The notes under the pieces: generated by a model
Databases searched by the model: none
The model's input: the letters and a program-made list of their open reading frames with translations, nothing else
What the model was told of the DNA's origin: nothing
Part shown: in pieces, positions 38,859-48,715 of the stretch
Layout of the letters: each line of letters starts with the position of its first letter
Numbering within the stretch: position 1 is the stretch's first letter
NCBI GenBank assembly: GCA_011364985.1
Contig: RDOC01000001.1
Location: 224,001 to 288,000 of the forward strand
Origin: Candidatus Thorarchaeota archaeon
GTDB lineage: Archaea; Asgardarchaeota; Thorarchaeia; Thorarchaeales; Thorarchaeaceae
Length of the DNA stretch: 64,000 bases
Direction: 5' to 3'
Program-made: the position numbers and the translations under genes

Positions 38859-40439
38859 TTATGGACTCAATGCACCAGTAATTCCAGTGATGAAAGCTTC
38901 AACTTGAAATAGGGCAGATCCGGCTGCCTCTGCAATAGAATAGACTGGAGCAGGATATACTCCTATTACAACCAGCGCAATTGCCAGTAGAGCCATTGCA
39001 CACAGCATGGATGTACTTGATCTGTGGGCGTTTTCAACATTCTCTGTTGGGTCCTTCAGCCATACCACGTTGAGCATCCTCAGATAATAGCCAAGAGCCA
39101 GAAGAGCATTGAACACTGCAACCAATGTGAACAGCAGATAGGGACTGCCTATTACAAGACCTGCATCAACACCAGCGGCTAGGATAAGGAGCTTGGCGTA
39201 GAATCCAGCAAAGGGAGGCATTCCCATCAGCGAAAGCACTCCAATTGCAAAGAATGCTGAAGTAAGAGGCATTTTCTTTCCAATTCCCTGAAGGGCATCG
39301 AGGTCTCTAGTGCCAACCGCATGCAGAAATGCTCCGGCGCAAAGGAACAACAACCCCTTCGTGAAGGCATGAACCACCACATAGAAGGCACCCGTTTCAT
39401 AGCCAAAGGCGGTTCCGGCATAGGGCGTTGCGGCAAATGCAAATAGGATGAAGCCAATTTGTGTGATTGAGCTGTACGCCAACATTCGTTTCAAGTCAGT
39501 CTGTGTGAGAGCATAGAAGTTGCCTGCAGTCATTGTGACTGCCGCAAATATCGCGAGAAGGAGAGGCCAATTGACCATCTCGAAGGGGAAGAGAACGGCG
39601 TTCATTCGCACTATACCGTAAATCCCGACCTTGATTACCACACCTGAGAGCATCGCACTAATCCCACTTGGTGCTGCTGGGTGAGCATCAGCTAACCATG
39701 CTGCGAAGGGGACAATGGCACCCTTTACTCCGAAGCCGGCTGTCATCAGCGCCACAAGTATCGGAATCAGTGGGTGTCCAGAGCCAGCTCGTATCGCTGT
39801 CGCCATGACCCCTAGATTCAGAGTGCCTGTAAGACCATAGAGATAGCTTGCAGAAAGTAGTACCAATGTAGACCCAATAGCGGACATCATCAGGTACTTG
39901 ATTGAAGCTTCCAGACCCTCCCAAGTTCTTCTAAAGGCCACAAGAATGAAACTGCAAATGCTCATCGTTTCATAGAACAGGAATAATGTAAAGAGGTCCC
40001 CAGAAACCACGACGCCATTCATTGCTCCTACCATGATGAGAAGCAGCATGTAATATCTGGGCAGCCCAGTGTCATTCTTCATGTATCCAATCGAGTAGAC
40101 CGAAACCACAAATCCAAGGACGGTGAAGATGCCCATTAGCAGGACTGAGAACTGGTCTGCGATCATTACCACTGAACACGGTTCGGTATGTGAAGCGTCT
40201 AAGGGCCAAGTAAATGTTTGGAGACCACCAGTCCAGACAGCGATTCCAAGGTAGTAGACATAGATGAATGTCAAAGCAAATCCAAGTATTGCTATGATAG
40301 CGGGCATGGTGGCGGCGCGTTTCTTCCTTGCGAAGAGATGGATCTCAGACAGAATTGCAATCAGTATCGCTGTTGCTACAGGAATAACGACCGGTATAAC
40401 GGCAGCCAACTCGGGAATATAGAGAAAGTCAGGTTGCAT
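38859..40439 (-). CDS. Antiporter-like membrane subunit (NuoN/MrpD type)
   Basis: GDLFTLFLFYE, EASIKYL, GFGVKGAIVPF..WL.DAH..AP, KVGIYG, KRMLAYSS, GMPPFAGFYAK. Confidence 0.88.
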   Translation of the reverse strand: MQPDFLYIPELAAVIPVVIPVATAILIAILSEIHLFARKKRAATMPAIIAILGFALTFIYVYYLGIAVWTGGLQTFTWPLDASHTEPCSVVMIADQFSVLLMGIFTVLGFVVSVYSIGYMKNDTGLPRYYMLLLIMVGAMNGVVVSGDLFTLFLFYETMSICSFILVAFRRTWEGLEASIKYLMMSAIGSTLVLLSASYLYGLTGTLNLGVMATAIRAGSGHPLIPILVALMTAGFGVKGAIVPFAAWLADAHPAAPSGISAMLSGVVIKVGIYGIVRMNAVLFPFEMVNWPLLLAIFAAVTMTAGNFYALTQTDLKRMLAYSSITQIGFILFAFAATPYAGTAFGYETGAFYVVVHAFTKGLLFLCAGAFLHAVGTRDLDALQGIGKKMPLTSAFFAIGVLSLMGMPPFAGFYAKLLILAAGVDAGLVIGSPYLLFTLVAVFNALLALGYYLRMLNVVWLKDPTENVENAHRSSTSMLCAMALLAIALVVIGVYPAPVYSIAEAAGSALFQVEAFITGITGALSP

Positions 40440-40444
40440 ATGTA

Positions 40445-41995
40445 TTAGCCTCCTCCCATCATAGACAGCAGAACAGGATTCACAATCTGCCAGAGCAACC
40501 AAGGCCAGATTCCCAGAATAACGACAAGTAGAGTCATTAGAATGGTGATTGAAAGAATGATCTTGGAGGGATCAGATACGCCTTCAAGTGCCTCCGGCAC
40601 TTGCCCGAAAAACACACGTCTAATGGCCCATAGATAGTATCCGGCAGTTAGCCCTGTCGCCACAACGCCAACAACTGTCAGAACCAGAAAAGCGGTGGAG
40701 ACACCCCCTGCCTCCACAGCCCTCTCGGCTGCTCCTGCGAAGATCATCCATTCTCCTGCAAAGGCAGATAGAGGAGGTGTTCCTGCGAGAGCCAACGCAC
40801 CTATGACAAAAGTAGTTGCCAAAACAGGCATCTTTGGAGCAAGGCCCCCGAGCCTATCGAAGTCCATGGTTCCTGTCTTCATCTTGATTGCGCCCGCACA
40901 GAAGAACATCAGACTTGCAAGGATGCCGTGATTGATCAGCTGAAACGCAGCCCCACTGAGTCCAATCGTGGTCATGGTTGAGTAGCCAAACATTAGATAG
41001 CCGAGCTGGCTTATGCTGGAATATGCTAGCATCATCTTCAGGTCCTTTTGTGCAATGGCAAGCATTGCACCGTAGAACATCGTAATTACAGAAATGGTCA
41101 TGAGCCCTGTTGAGTAATCGTACAATGCTGTCGAAAAAATCGGGATCACAATTCGTATGACTCCATAGGCTGCAGTCTTTGTCATCGCCCCGCTGAGGAG
41201 TACCAATACTGGGATTGGAGCTTCGCCGTAGACAGGTGGTGCCCAGACATGTAGTGGGACAAGCCCCAGTTTAATTCCGAACCCCAATAAGAAGATGAGA
41301 CCGATTGTCTTTGCCAAATCAACCTTCATTGGATCCACGGCTAGGGAGGACGAATAGAGGGTCACAATATCGAGGGACCCAGCATCTGCAAAGAGCATGA
41401 AGACGGCGATAAGTGAAATAAGCCCTCCAACTGCGGTCCAAATCCAGAATTGAAATGCGTTTCTTGACCGTCTAGTAGGATCATCAGACACGCCATAGAG
41501 ATAGACCAGCAGAAAGGCAGGAATTAGCATTACTTCATAGAATAGAAAGAACTGGAGTAAGTCTGTTGCATAAACAACCCCGACCATGGCCGCGACAAAC
41601 CACACCATTAGAGCATAGTAGTGGCCAGAATTAGTCAAGTTCTTCATGTAAACATAGGAGAAGGTGACTGAGAATAGACCAAGGCTAAGGATTAGGATAG
41701 CAACAGGGGCACTCAATCCATCGCCTCTGAATCCAAATGTCATTATCGCTGAATCTCCAGAGCCGATCCAATCAAACACATGCAGAATCTCATTATGGGA
41801 CCATACTTCAGGACTGAACAGAAGAAGGAAATTGAGAAACAAAGCGCCAAGTAATGACAGGCCAGCAAGTGTCTTTGATGCTTTTTCAGACCAACGACCT
41901 GCTACAAGAGTGAGTAGGCCACCGAGGAGGAGGAGCACTACGGAGAGTATCATTGGATATTCTGAGAGAACAGGAATGGAAAGTAGTCCTTGCAT
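40445..41995 (-). CDS. nuoM: Antiporter-like membrane subunit NuoM/FpoM type
   Basis: DGLS, FFLFYEVMLIP, GIKLGLVPLHVWAP, KTAAYG.IR, AYSSISQLG, NHG, GTPPLSAFAGE. Confidence 0.88.
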   Translation of the reverse strand: MQGLLSIPVLSEYPMILSVVLLLLGGLLTLVAGRWSEKASKTLAGLSLLGALFLNFLLLFSPEVWSHNEILHVFDWIGSGDSAIMTFGFRGDGLSAPVAILILSLGLFSVTFSYVYMKNLTNSGHYYALMVWFVAAMVGVVYATDLLQFFLFYEVMLIPAFLLVYLYGVSDDPTRRSRNAFQFWIWTAVGGLISLIAVFMLFADAGSLDIVTLYSSSLAVDPMKVDLAKTIGLIFLLGFGIKLGLVPLHVWAPPVYGEAPIPVLVLLSGAMTKTAAYGVIRIVIPIFSTALYDYSTGLMTISVITMFYGAMLAIAQKDLKMMLAYSSISQLGYLMFGYSTMTTIGLSGAAFQLINHGILASLMFFCAGAIKMKTGTMDFDRLGGLAPKMPVLATTFVIGALALAGTPPLSAFAGEWMIFAGAAERAVEAGGVSTAFLVLTVVGVVATGLTAGYYLWAIRRVFFGQVPEALEGVSDPSKIILSITILMTLLVVILGIWPWLLWQIVNPVLLSMMGGG

Positions 41996-42007
41996 TTTCG
42001 TATCCTC

Positions 42008-44059
42008 CTAAAACAAAATAACAATGAGGAGAAACGCGATGATGCCTATCATCATGCCCAACACATTTGTATTGAGCACACCAGTCATGGTGCGTCTCCA
42101 TCCTCTCGAAATGGTATCCATGCCGCCGCTCACTGACTCGCTAAAGGAGAGGAGCGCCGACTCGACTCTTGTTCTTAGTCCATTGCTGAGCCAAAGATAA
42201 CCATCCACAAAGATGCGATTATAGGCTGCGTTGATATACCAACGGTTCTCCAGAAACCGTCCAAGTGGTCCATTTCGAAGACCAGTGAAATCGCCTCGTC
42301 CCTTGAAGTAGATGACGTAGGCAGGGATAATTCCAGCGCACCAGACTCCAACCGTGAAAAGCGTAGTAAACCCGAGGCTCCATACAGGCAGACTAGACCA
42401 GTCAAATGGATGAAGGAGTAGGCTCCCAAAGGGTGCAAAGGTGTTGAAGAAGATTGGCTGAAGAAGCATACCTCCTGCTGCAAAGGCAGCAAGAATCACC
42501 AGAGGAACCTTCATTGTGATAGGTGCCTCATGGATATGATGCCCATGGGATTCTAGGCCTCTGATGTGGGCGGATTTCTCGCCAAAGAAAGTCATTCCCA
42601 CCATTCTGAAGGTGTAGAAGGCCGTAAGGATAGCGGTAACAAAGGTCACCATGAAGAGAAGAGTCTCACCCTCGTGCCACAGAGCCTCGAATATCATCTC
42701 CTTTGACCAGAATCCTATGGTTGGAGCAACGCCGGCCAAAGCCAGTGCTCCGACAATGAATGTTGTCGCAGTGATCTTCATGTCTTTCCAGAGTCCGCCC
42801 ATGTCCTTCATGGATTTGCTCTGAACAGCATGAAGTACTGAGCCAGCAGCAAGAAAAAGGAGGGCTTTGAAAATGGCATGAGCCAGAAGATGGAACGCAC
42901 CGGCACTGTACGCAGCAACGCTCTCCGCCACTAAGCCAGAGGCCCCAAGAGCAACGAACATGTATCCCAGCTGTGAGATAGTTGAATACGCCAGAACCTT
43001 CTTGATCTCATCCTGAACCAAGGCCATTGTTGCCGCCATAAATGCCGTAAAGGCACCTATCCATGCTACTACTTGAAAGAAGATGGTGATGCTGACAAAC
43101 GTGAGTGCAATCTCAATGAAAATGGGAACTACCCTTGCCACAAGATAGACTCCTGCCTTCACCATGGCTGCAGCGTGAATCAAGGCGCTGACGGTTGTGG
43201 GACCTGCCATAGCTTCTGGAAGCCATGTGTGTAGAGGAAACTGGGCACTCTTTCCAATGGGTCCTGCAAGAATGAGCAATGCAGCAATAGGTAGCAGCAA
43301 GGATAGCATTTGGGCGAAATCGGCAGTAAGATGAAGTTCTGGGAGAGAGCGTGCAAATGCGAAGAGCTCGGTGTAATTGAATGTCCCTGCCATGAAGTAG
43401 ATCAGAAGAATGCCAGCAAGGAGGCCGATATCGCCAACTCGTGTGACCATGAACGCCTTCATTCCACAAACAGCATTGTAGTCTCCCTCTGTTTCATACT
43501 CTGGAACGGGACTAGGGGTCTTGACATTGTGCCAGAATCCGATAAGAGCATAGCTACAGAGCCCGACTATTTCCCAGCCAATGAAGGTCTGCAAGAGGTT
43601 GTTAGACATCACCAGCAGTACCATGCCAGCAACGAAGAACTGCATGAAGAAGTAATAACGGGTAAGACTGGGGTCCTTCACTAGCTTGCCTTCCTCGTCA
43701 TGTCCCGTCATATATCCGACACTGAAGAGAATGATCAGAGAACCAATCCCTGCGGCGATCATGGCCATTAGAACGCTGAGGGCATCAATCAGGACACCGA
43801 ACTCGATGGGAGCTAAATCACCAGCTACTACCCAAGTGAAGAGAATCACATCAGGAAAGGGTGCAGTCTGTACAATTGCTGGGTCTAGAACTAAGGTGAT
43901 AACCATGTCAACTGCAATGAAAGCTGTAACAAAACCAACTAGAACTGCCATAAAGTCCCTGAGGGCTCCATGGATTCTTGCAAAGACAGGAGTCAGCAGT
44001 GCTCCAATAGCTGGCACTACAATGACTAACCATCCAGCCATCTCAAGTGGGAGCATCAT
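42008..44059 (-). CDS. nuoL: Antiporter-like membrane subunit NuoL/FpoL type
   Basis: GWEIVGLCSY.LIGFW, KAFMVTRVGD, GKSAQFPLHTWLPEAMAGPTTVSALIHAA, KKVLAYSTISQLGYM, HAIFKALLFL, FWSKE and a C-terminal lateral helix. Confidence 0.93.
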   Translation of the reverse strand: MMLPLEMAGWLVIVVPAIGALLTPVFARIHGALRDFMAVLVGFVTAFIAVDMVITLVLDPAIVQTAPFPDVILFTWVVAGDLAPIEFGVLIDALSVLMAMIAAGIGSLIILFSVGYMTGHDEEGKLVKDPSLTRYYFFMQFFVAGMVLLVMSNNLLQTFIGWEIVGLCSYALIGFWHNVKTPSPVPEYETEGDYNAVCGMKAFMVTRVGDIGLLAGILLIYFMAGTFNYTELFAFARSLPELHLTADFAQMLSLLLPIAALLILAGPIGKSAQFPLHTWLPEAMAGPTTVSALIHAAAMVKAGVYLVARVVPIFIEIALTFVSITIFFQVVAWIGAFTAFMAATMALVQDEIKKVLAYSTISQLGYMFVALGASGLVAESVAAYSAGAFHLLAHAIFKALLFLAAGSVLHAVQSKSMKDMGGLWKDMKITATTFIVGALALAGVAPTIGFWSKEMIFEALWHEGETLLFMVTFVTAILTAFYTFRMVGMTFFGEKSAHIRGLESHGHHIHEAPITMKVPLVILAAFAAGGMLLQPIFFNTFAPFGSLLLHPFDWSSLPVWSLGFTTLFTVGVWCAGIIPAYVIYFKGRGDFTGLRNGPLGRFLENRWYINAAYNRIFVDGYLWLSNGLRTRVESALLSFSESVSGGMDTISRGWRRTMTGVLNTNVLGMMIGIIAFLLIVILF

Positions 44060-44385
44060 CCTCGTAACCTCCTGAGCTTGCGAATGTCAAGTGTACCGTA
44101 GTGCTCGTAGGCATTCTTGATCAGACTAATGGCCACCACAGCAATTGCGCCGCCAACGCAGATGGAAAGAATCACGAAGACCTGAACCATTGGGTCAATA
44201 GGGCCCAAGGTGGAAGGTCCGGTTAGAAAGGCACCGAATGCGAGGAAGTTGAGATTCACTGCTGCAACCAAGATTTCAATTCCAATAACAAGCTTCACCA
44301 TGTTTCGATTGCTTGCCAGTGTGTATATGCCGATAATGTATAGAACCAGTGAGAAGAGCAAGTAGATTTGGAGCATATCAAGCAT
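44056..44385 (-). CDS. nuoK: NuoK/MrpC-type small membrane subunit
   Basis: GIY.L..RN..K..IGIEIL..AVNLNF, DPMVQ, YGTLDI..L..LRG. Confidence 0.85.
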   Translation of the reverse strand: MLDMLQIYLLFSLVLYIIGIYTLASNRNMVKLVIGIEILVAAVNLNFLAFGAFLTGPSTLGPIDPMVQVFVILSICVGGAIAVVAISLIKNAYEHYGTLDIRKLRRLRG

Positions 44386-44388
44386 CGC

Positions 44389-44652
44389 CTACTCATTCCT
44401 CCTCATGGTTCTGAACATTGCAGAGGCTCCGATGACTGCTGCGAATAGCAGGGTTACTTGCACAAGCAAGTCAATGGACCGATAAGACCAGAGCCAGTCA
44501 CCGACCATACGCCCTATACCCTCCCAGTCATTGATGGCAAATGTAGTTCCACCAGGGGCGGCCAATTCAAAGGCCGTGAGGTCCAACAGGCTGACTCCAA
44601 CGATTAAAAGGAGGATTACGGAAAGAAATGCTGCTGCGATTTTGTACTTCAT
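44389..44652 (-). CDS. NuoJ C-terminal half / MnhB-MbhE-like subunit
   Basis: Two TM segments, LWSYRSIDLLVQVTLLFAAVIG, position between the J1 and K genes. Confidence 0.7.
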   Translation of the reverse strand: MKYKIAAAFLSVILLLIVGVSLLDLTAFELAAPGGTTFAINDWEGIGRMVGDWLWSYRSIDLLVQVTLLFAAVIGASAMFRTMRRNE

Positions 44653-44948
44653 TGTGAAGCCACCTCTACTTCGTCACCGGTTTTGGGTTCGGTTTCCGCT
44701 TCACCGGGCTCATCTAGGTTCATTGTGGTAAGAAAGAGAATTGCAAAAGCTCCAGAGAATACCGTGCAGTTGAAGAATGCCACATATGGTGCTCCCAAGA
44801 TAACGAATGAGAGACTGAGTATGCCATTTGCCAGCGCAAATGCAATGACTGAGAAGGAGAGCTTGCGATACTCTATTGCAACAATGAAGAATACTACGGT
44901 AAGTACCAAGATTAACAGTTGGATGACTTCAGACAATGATGATATCAT
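44649..44948 (-). CDS. NuoJ N-terminal half / MbhD-like subunit
   Basis: Three TM segments, LGAPYVA motif, first gene of the operon, 4-bp overlap with the next gene. Confidence 0.7.
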   Translation of the reverse strand: MISSLSEVIQLLILVLTVVFFIVAIEYRKLSFSVIAFALANGILSLSFVILGAPYVAFFNCTVFSGAFAILFLTTMNLDEPGEAETEPKTGDEVEVASQ

Positions 44949-45152
44949 CAGTTTTCCCTGCCTTGACCGCACCTAAGATGCGCGAATAAGCCGCACGAAA
45001 CGAATTCAAAATAAAAGTAACGGATGGGGATACTCTGGAAATATGCCGACCAGCAGAGCACTCTGGGATTCCATCCAAATGGATCTCTAGATGGTGACCT
45101 AAAACTGAGTATGAAGCGGTGCAGGAACGACACGACGAATGTAATCCAACTG

Positions 45153-48100
45153 CTAAGTCACCGTAAGAAACAGGCTTAGCTTATCAACAACTCCTTCTTC
45201 AGTTCGGAGCACCAACTGGACAAGATACTGCGCCATTACCACTCCAGCCGGCAAATTCACTGCTACTAAAGCTGTCGTTCCGTACAAGTCACCAGGACCC
45301 ACCGAACCGATATCGAGTGTGAAAGTGGAGTTCGTTGGATTTTCCACGGGAGTAATGGAGGTCCCATGCCATTCGATCGAGAAATTCCCAGTAGTTACTA
45401 CGAAATTAAGGCAAATATCGTGGCTCACATTGTCGTTATTACGGAAGAGCATAACTAGATCAGCAAATTCACCGGAATCAATCGTGATGGGGCTAAAGAC
45501 AGCACTCTCGATACCTACTTCTCCGGATTCAATGATGGTCTGGTTCAGTAGACCAAACATGCTGTAATATGCCTCCACGATATTCCTACCCAGTTCTACG
45601 CGTTCCCCAGTTTTAGCATCCACAAGTCCAACGCCGCCGAGCTTCTCTATAACCCTGTTCGATGAGGTTTCCACTTCTAAGAACACAGGAATCACAAAGA
45701 ACAGATCACCACCAAGATGATACAGGAGGCGGTTTCCATACCTGTGAGTCCCCCAAAGCTGAAGTTGGGTGCGGACCACATCGTTGGTTTCAAAGGCCTG
45801 TTGAGCTGCATTTGGCCCGAGAAGTGTGGATGTGCCTTCCTCTCCTGCTTTGTAAAATGCTAACTTGCCAAACTCCTTGTTTCCACAGCCCATCACATAG
45901 ATTCCGGCCAGATTCCGTCCGGCAGAATCACGAAACTCGCTATTGTGCATGGCCACAAATCGCTCTTCTCCCCCGATTCGCATGATTATGTAGCGTGTGT
46001 CAGAATCTTCCGGCATCTGATGAAAATCGAGGCCACTTCGCCAAATCAGTCCATTGGTGACATGATAGATGTAAGCAACCTCCAGCTGGCGTTCATACAA
46101 GTCCTCAGGCCATTTCATCTGCGACTGCAGCCAGTCTGGAGAGTCCTGCCATGGATAATAACTCATGTAGGTTGAATCCAAGAAGAAGCCAGCTTCTTCA
46201 GAAGGGGATTTATAGAACTGCAGAGTGCCAGATGCTATATCGACCAATACAACGCCGATGAAGCGCATGTAGTCTTCTTGTGCATAGGCAGTCGCTAAGC
46301 GATAGTCAATGAAGACCGAAACAGCATAGAAAATGTTGCCGTTTTCATCCACGACTATGTAAGGGTCAGCATCAGCCTCAAGTCCCTGCAGAAGAACGGA
46401 GTCCACACGAGAAACAACATCCCTCTCAAACAACATATCCATCTCTCGTCCCAAAAACGACCACGCATCAAAGCCCATTGTTAGCATGTAGAAGAAGGAT
46501 TCAAACCCACCCAAGACGTAATCGGGAAAAGCCGAAAATGTAACGTTGCCGACTTCTGTGAAGCCAGGTACGTTTACAAATGTGACACCCCGAAAACCGT
46601 TTCCTTCCCCATAGTACATATTGATGTCTTGAGTTCGATTCAAAAGGGCAACAAGGTTCTCATTCTCAATGATATCGCCACTGTAGGCATCCAACACTAC
46701 AAGGCCTTTAGTGTGAGTGTAGATTAAGTGCTGGCTGATGAAATCGGATGTAACACGTTGAAAATCAAAGGTAAGAGGGGCAATCCAGTACTCGTGCTCC
46801 TTAATGTACACAATGTCGGAGTCCGCAAGTTCCATCCAGTTCGTTCCAATTTGATTCTTCATCCGTAAATAACTCGCAGTTTGGTCCCATTGACGAACGG
46901 TAGTTAGTGATTCAACCTCTCCCTCGGGAGTCGCATTCACAGTCAAGTCTTCAAGAGGAAGAATCCGCATATCTTCAAGACCAGCGGCCCAAGTTGTTAT
47001 CTCGATTTCCTTTGCAGTTTCAGTATTGAATTTCCATTCAACATACTTGTCGCCCTCCATCTGGATTCCGTAGTACACAGCCTGAATCGCAGGCAAGGTA
47101 ACGACAACTACTATGAGAAAGAGGGCAAAAATACCAAATCTCCGTGGCGAACCAATGAGAGGAATCATTCGTTCTAGCTTCAGTCGCCGCAGTTCATTGC
47201 CTACGCTGGCTCTGTCGTGCATAAGAAGCTCAACACGCTGTCGATAATCCTGTGCATCAATCGCACCCGATTCATATTCCTGCCTAATGGATATGAGTTC
47301 ACCTTGAAGTCTAGCCAAATCACCTTCAAGTTGAACTATCTTACTTCGCAGCCGCTGTTGCGCATCACCACTTCGAAGACGAAGGGTCATAAACAGAAAT
47401 GAGCCAATGAGGCATACACCCATAGCAATAATCAGCGCTATATAGGACATCCATGTACCTGCATTCACAGTCCACATAGGAACGCCAAGTAGCTCCAGTG
47501 CAATGCCGAAGGTTACAGCCAGAAGCCCCTTTGCTATTACGACAAAGGGATCTCGATTGCTCGTCATTAGGTCCGTGATAATGCTCAGCACCAGACGAGC
47601 TGCGCTCATCAAAAGAAATGTACCCAGAAGACCTACATAGAGCTGGTATGCTTCCATTGCTGGAATAAGACTCTCAACATAGCTGGCAGGTGTATTCGGA
47701 GCAAAGGGCAATTGAAAGAGCGTTGAAAGCTCACCAGACGACAACGAGATTGATCCATTGTCCATTAGAAACATTAAGAACGCAACATTTTGGCCAGTTA
47801 GTGAATACCCTCCAGTTGCGACATAGTAAAGAAAGAACCCACCAAACTGAAAGACTCTCCATAGGATGGTGGTGGGCACATCCAGACTCTTTCTGACAGG
47901 TCCGGTTTGGGACAGCGCAGATATAAACGAGATGAATGATGACCGCCAAGGTATCGTGATCAAACTCAGGATTGCAAGAAAGACCGACGCAATGAATATG
48001 TTCCAGTCAAGGGTCCAGGTGTTCCAGTAACTCACGCCAGATTTTGTATCATACATTGACCCGTAGATTATTTGACCAAGCCACCATCCGTAGATGGCTG

Positions 48101-48179
48101 AAGCAATAGATATGGCAACACCAGTGATAATGGCCACGATTAGAAGGGTTCTTCTCAATTCCATCGTGAGTTCCTCCAT
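45153..48179 (-). CDS. UPF0182-family membrane protein
   Basis: N-terminal multi-TM region, R.WD, HLIYTH, YYGEG, DPYIVVD, V.VD...G...FY, YIIM, YGN.L, F.IPV, and a C-terminal beta-rich domain. Confidence 0.75.
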   Translation of the reverse strand: MEELTMELRRTLLIVAIITGVAISIASAIYGWWLGQIIYGSMYDTKSGVSYWNTWTLDWNIFIASVFLAILSLITIPWRSSFISFISALSQTGPVRKSLDVPTTILWRVFQFGGFFLYYVATGGYSLTGQNVAFLMFLMDNGSISLSSGELSTLFQLPFAPNTPASYVESLIPAMEAYQLYVGLLGTFLLMSAARLVLSIITDLMTSNRDPFVVIAKGLLAVTFGIALELLGVPMWTVNAGTWMSYIALIIAMGVCLIGSFLFMTLRLRSGDAQQRLRSKIVQLEGDLARLQGELISIRQEYESGAIDAQDYRQRVELLMHDRASVGNELRRLKLERMIPLIGSPRRFGIFALFLIVVVVTLPAIQAVYYGIQMEGDKYVEWKFNTETAKEIEITTWAAGLEDMRILPLEDLTVNATPEGEVESLTTVRQWDQTASYLRMKNQIGTNWMELADSDIVYIKEHEYWIAPLTFDFQRVTSDFISQHLIYTHTKGLVVLDAYSGDIIENENLVALLNRTQDINMYYGEGNGFRGVTFVNVPGFTEVGNVTFSAFPDYVLGGFESFFYMLTMGFDAWSFLGREMDMLFERDVVSRVDSVLLQGLEADADPYIVVDENGNIFYAVSVFIDYRLATAYAQEDYMRFIGVVLVDIASGTLQFYKSPSEEAGFFLDSTYMSYYPWQDSPDWLQSQMKWPEDLYERQLEVAYIYHVTNGLIWRSGLDFHQMPEDSDTRYIIMRIGGEERFVAMHNSEFRDSAGRNLAGIYVMGCGNKEFGKLAFYKAGEEGTSTLLGPNAAQQAFETNDVVRTQLQLWGTHRYGNRLLYHLGGDLFFVIPVFLEVETSSNRVIEKLGGVGLVDAKTGERVELGRNIVEAYYSMFGLLNQTIIESGEVGIESAVFSPITIDSGEFADLVMLFRNNDNVSHDICLNFVVTTGNFSIEWHGTSITPVENPTNSTFTLDIGSVGPGDLYGTTALVAVNLPAGVVMAQYLVQLVLRTEEGVVDKLSLFLTVT

Positions 48180-48715
48180 TCACCTGCGGATAAGATTCTA
48201 CAGAATTGCACATATGAGCATATGGTTGTAAGAAAGTTGTTTCATCTGAGGCTCTGAATAGCTCCCATTTCGTTGCAAAGAGCAAGAGATCTTCCGTCAA
48301 TTGATCGCGAACTACGGAACGTTCATTGATTCATGAGACAGTCCGTGAAATTCTGCACAATGGGCAGATGTGCACCAGAATCAACAATAATGAGCAAAGG
48401 AGAGTAAGGAAGAACAGAAATCAACAACGTGAATGTTGGAATTAGTGCAGCAACAGACATCGTTAATGCTACTCTGTCCGTATTGAAGCGAGACAATATC
48501 AGCACTTTTCTTCATGCCATTGCCAGCAATCAAGTTAGAGCTGTACATTTTTCGAGAGAACAGATCATCAGAGCTTTGACCAATCGCTTTTTGGCAGCTT
48601 ATCCCTCTTGAGCTAGTACAACGATGATTTTAGAGGAATCCTTTAATGTGAAACACAAAGACCTGTGAATTGCATCTTCAATTGCCTCTCATGGTTTTCA
48701 GGACGCGTGTTTGAG

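Noticed and set aside
48300-48660. Short ORFs (48333-48407, 48429-48611) between the UPF0182 gene and the sugar dehydrogenase
   Set aside because: No recognisable motif or RBS. They could be a decayed gene, but this is not supportable.
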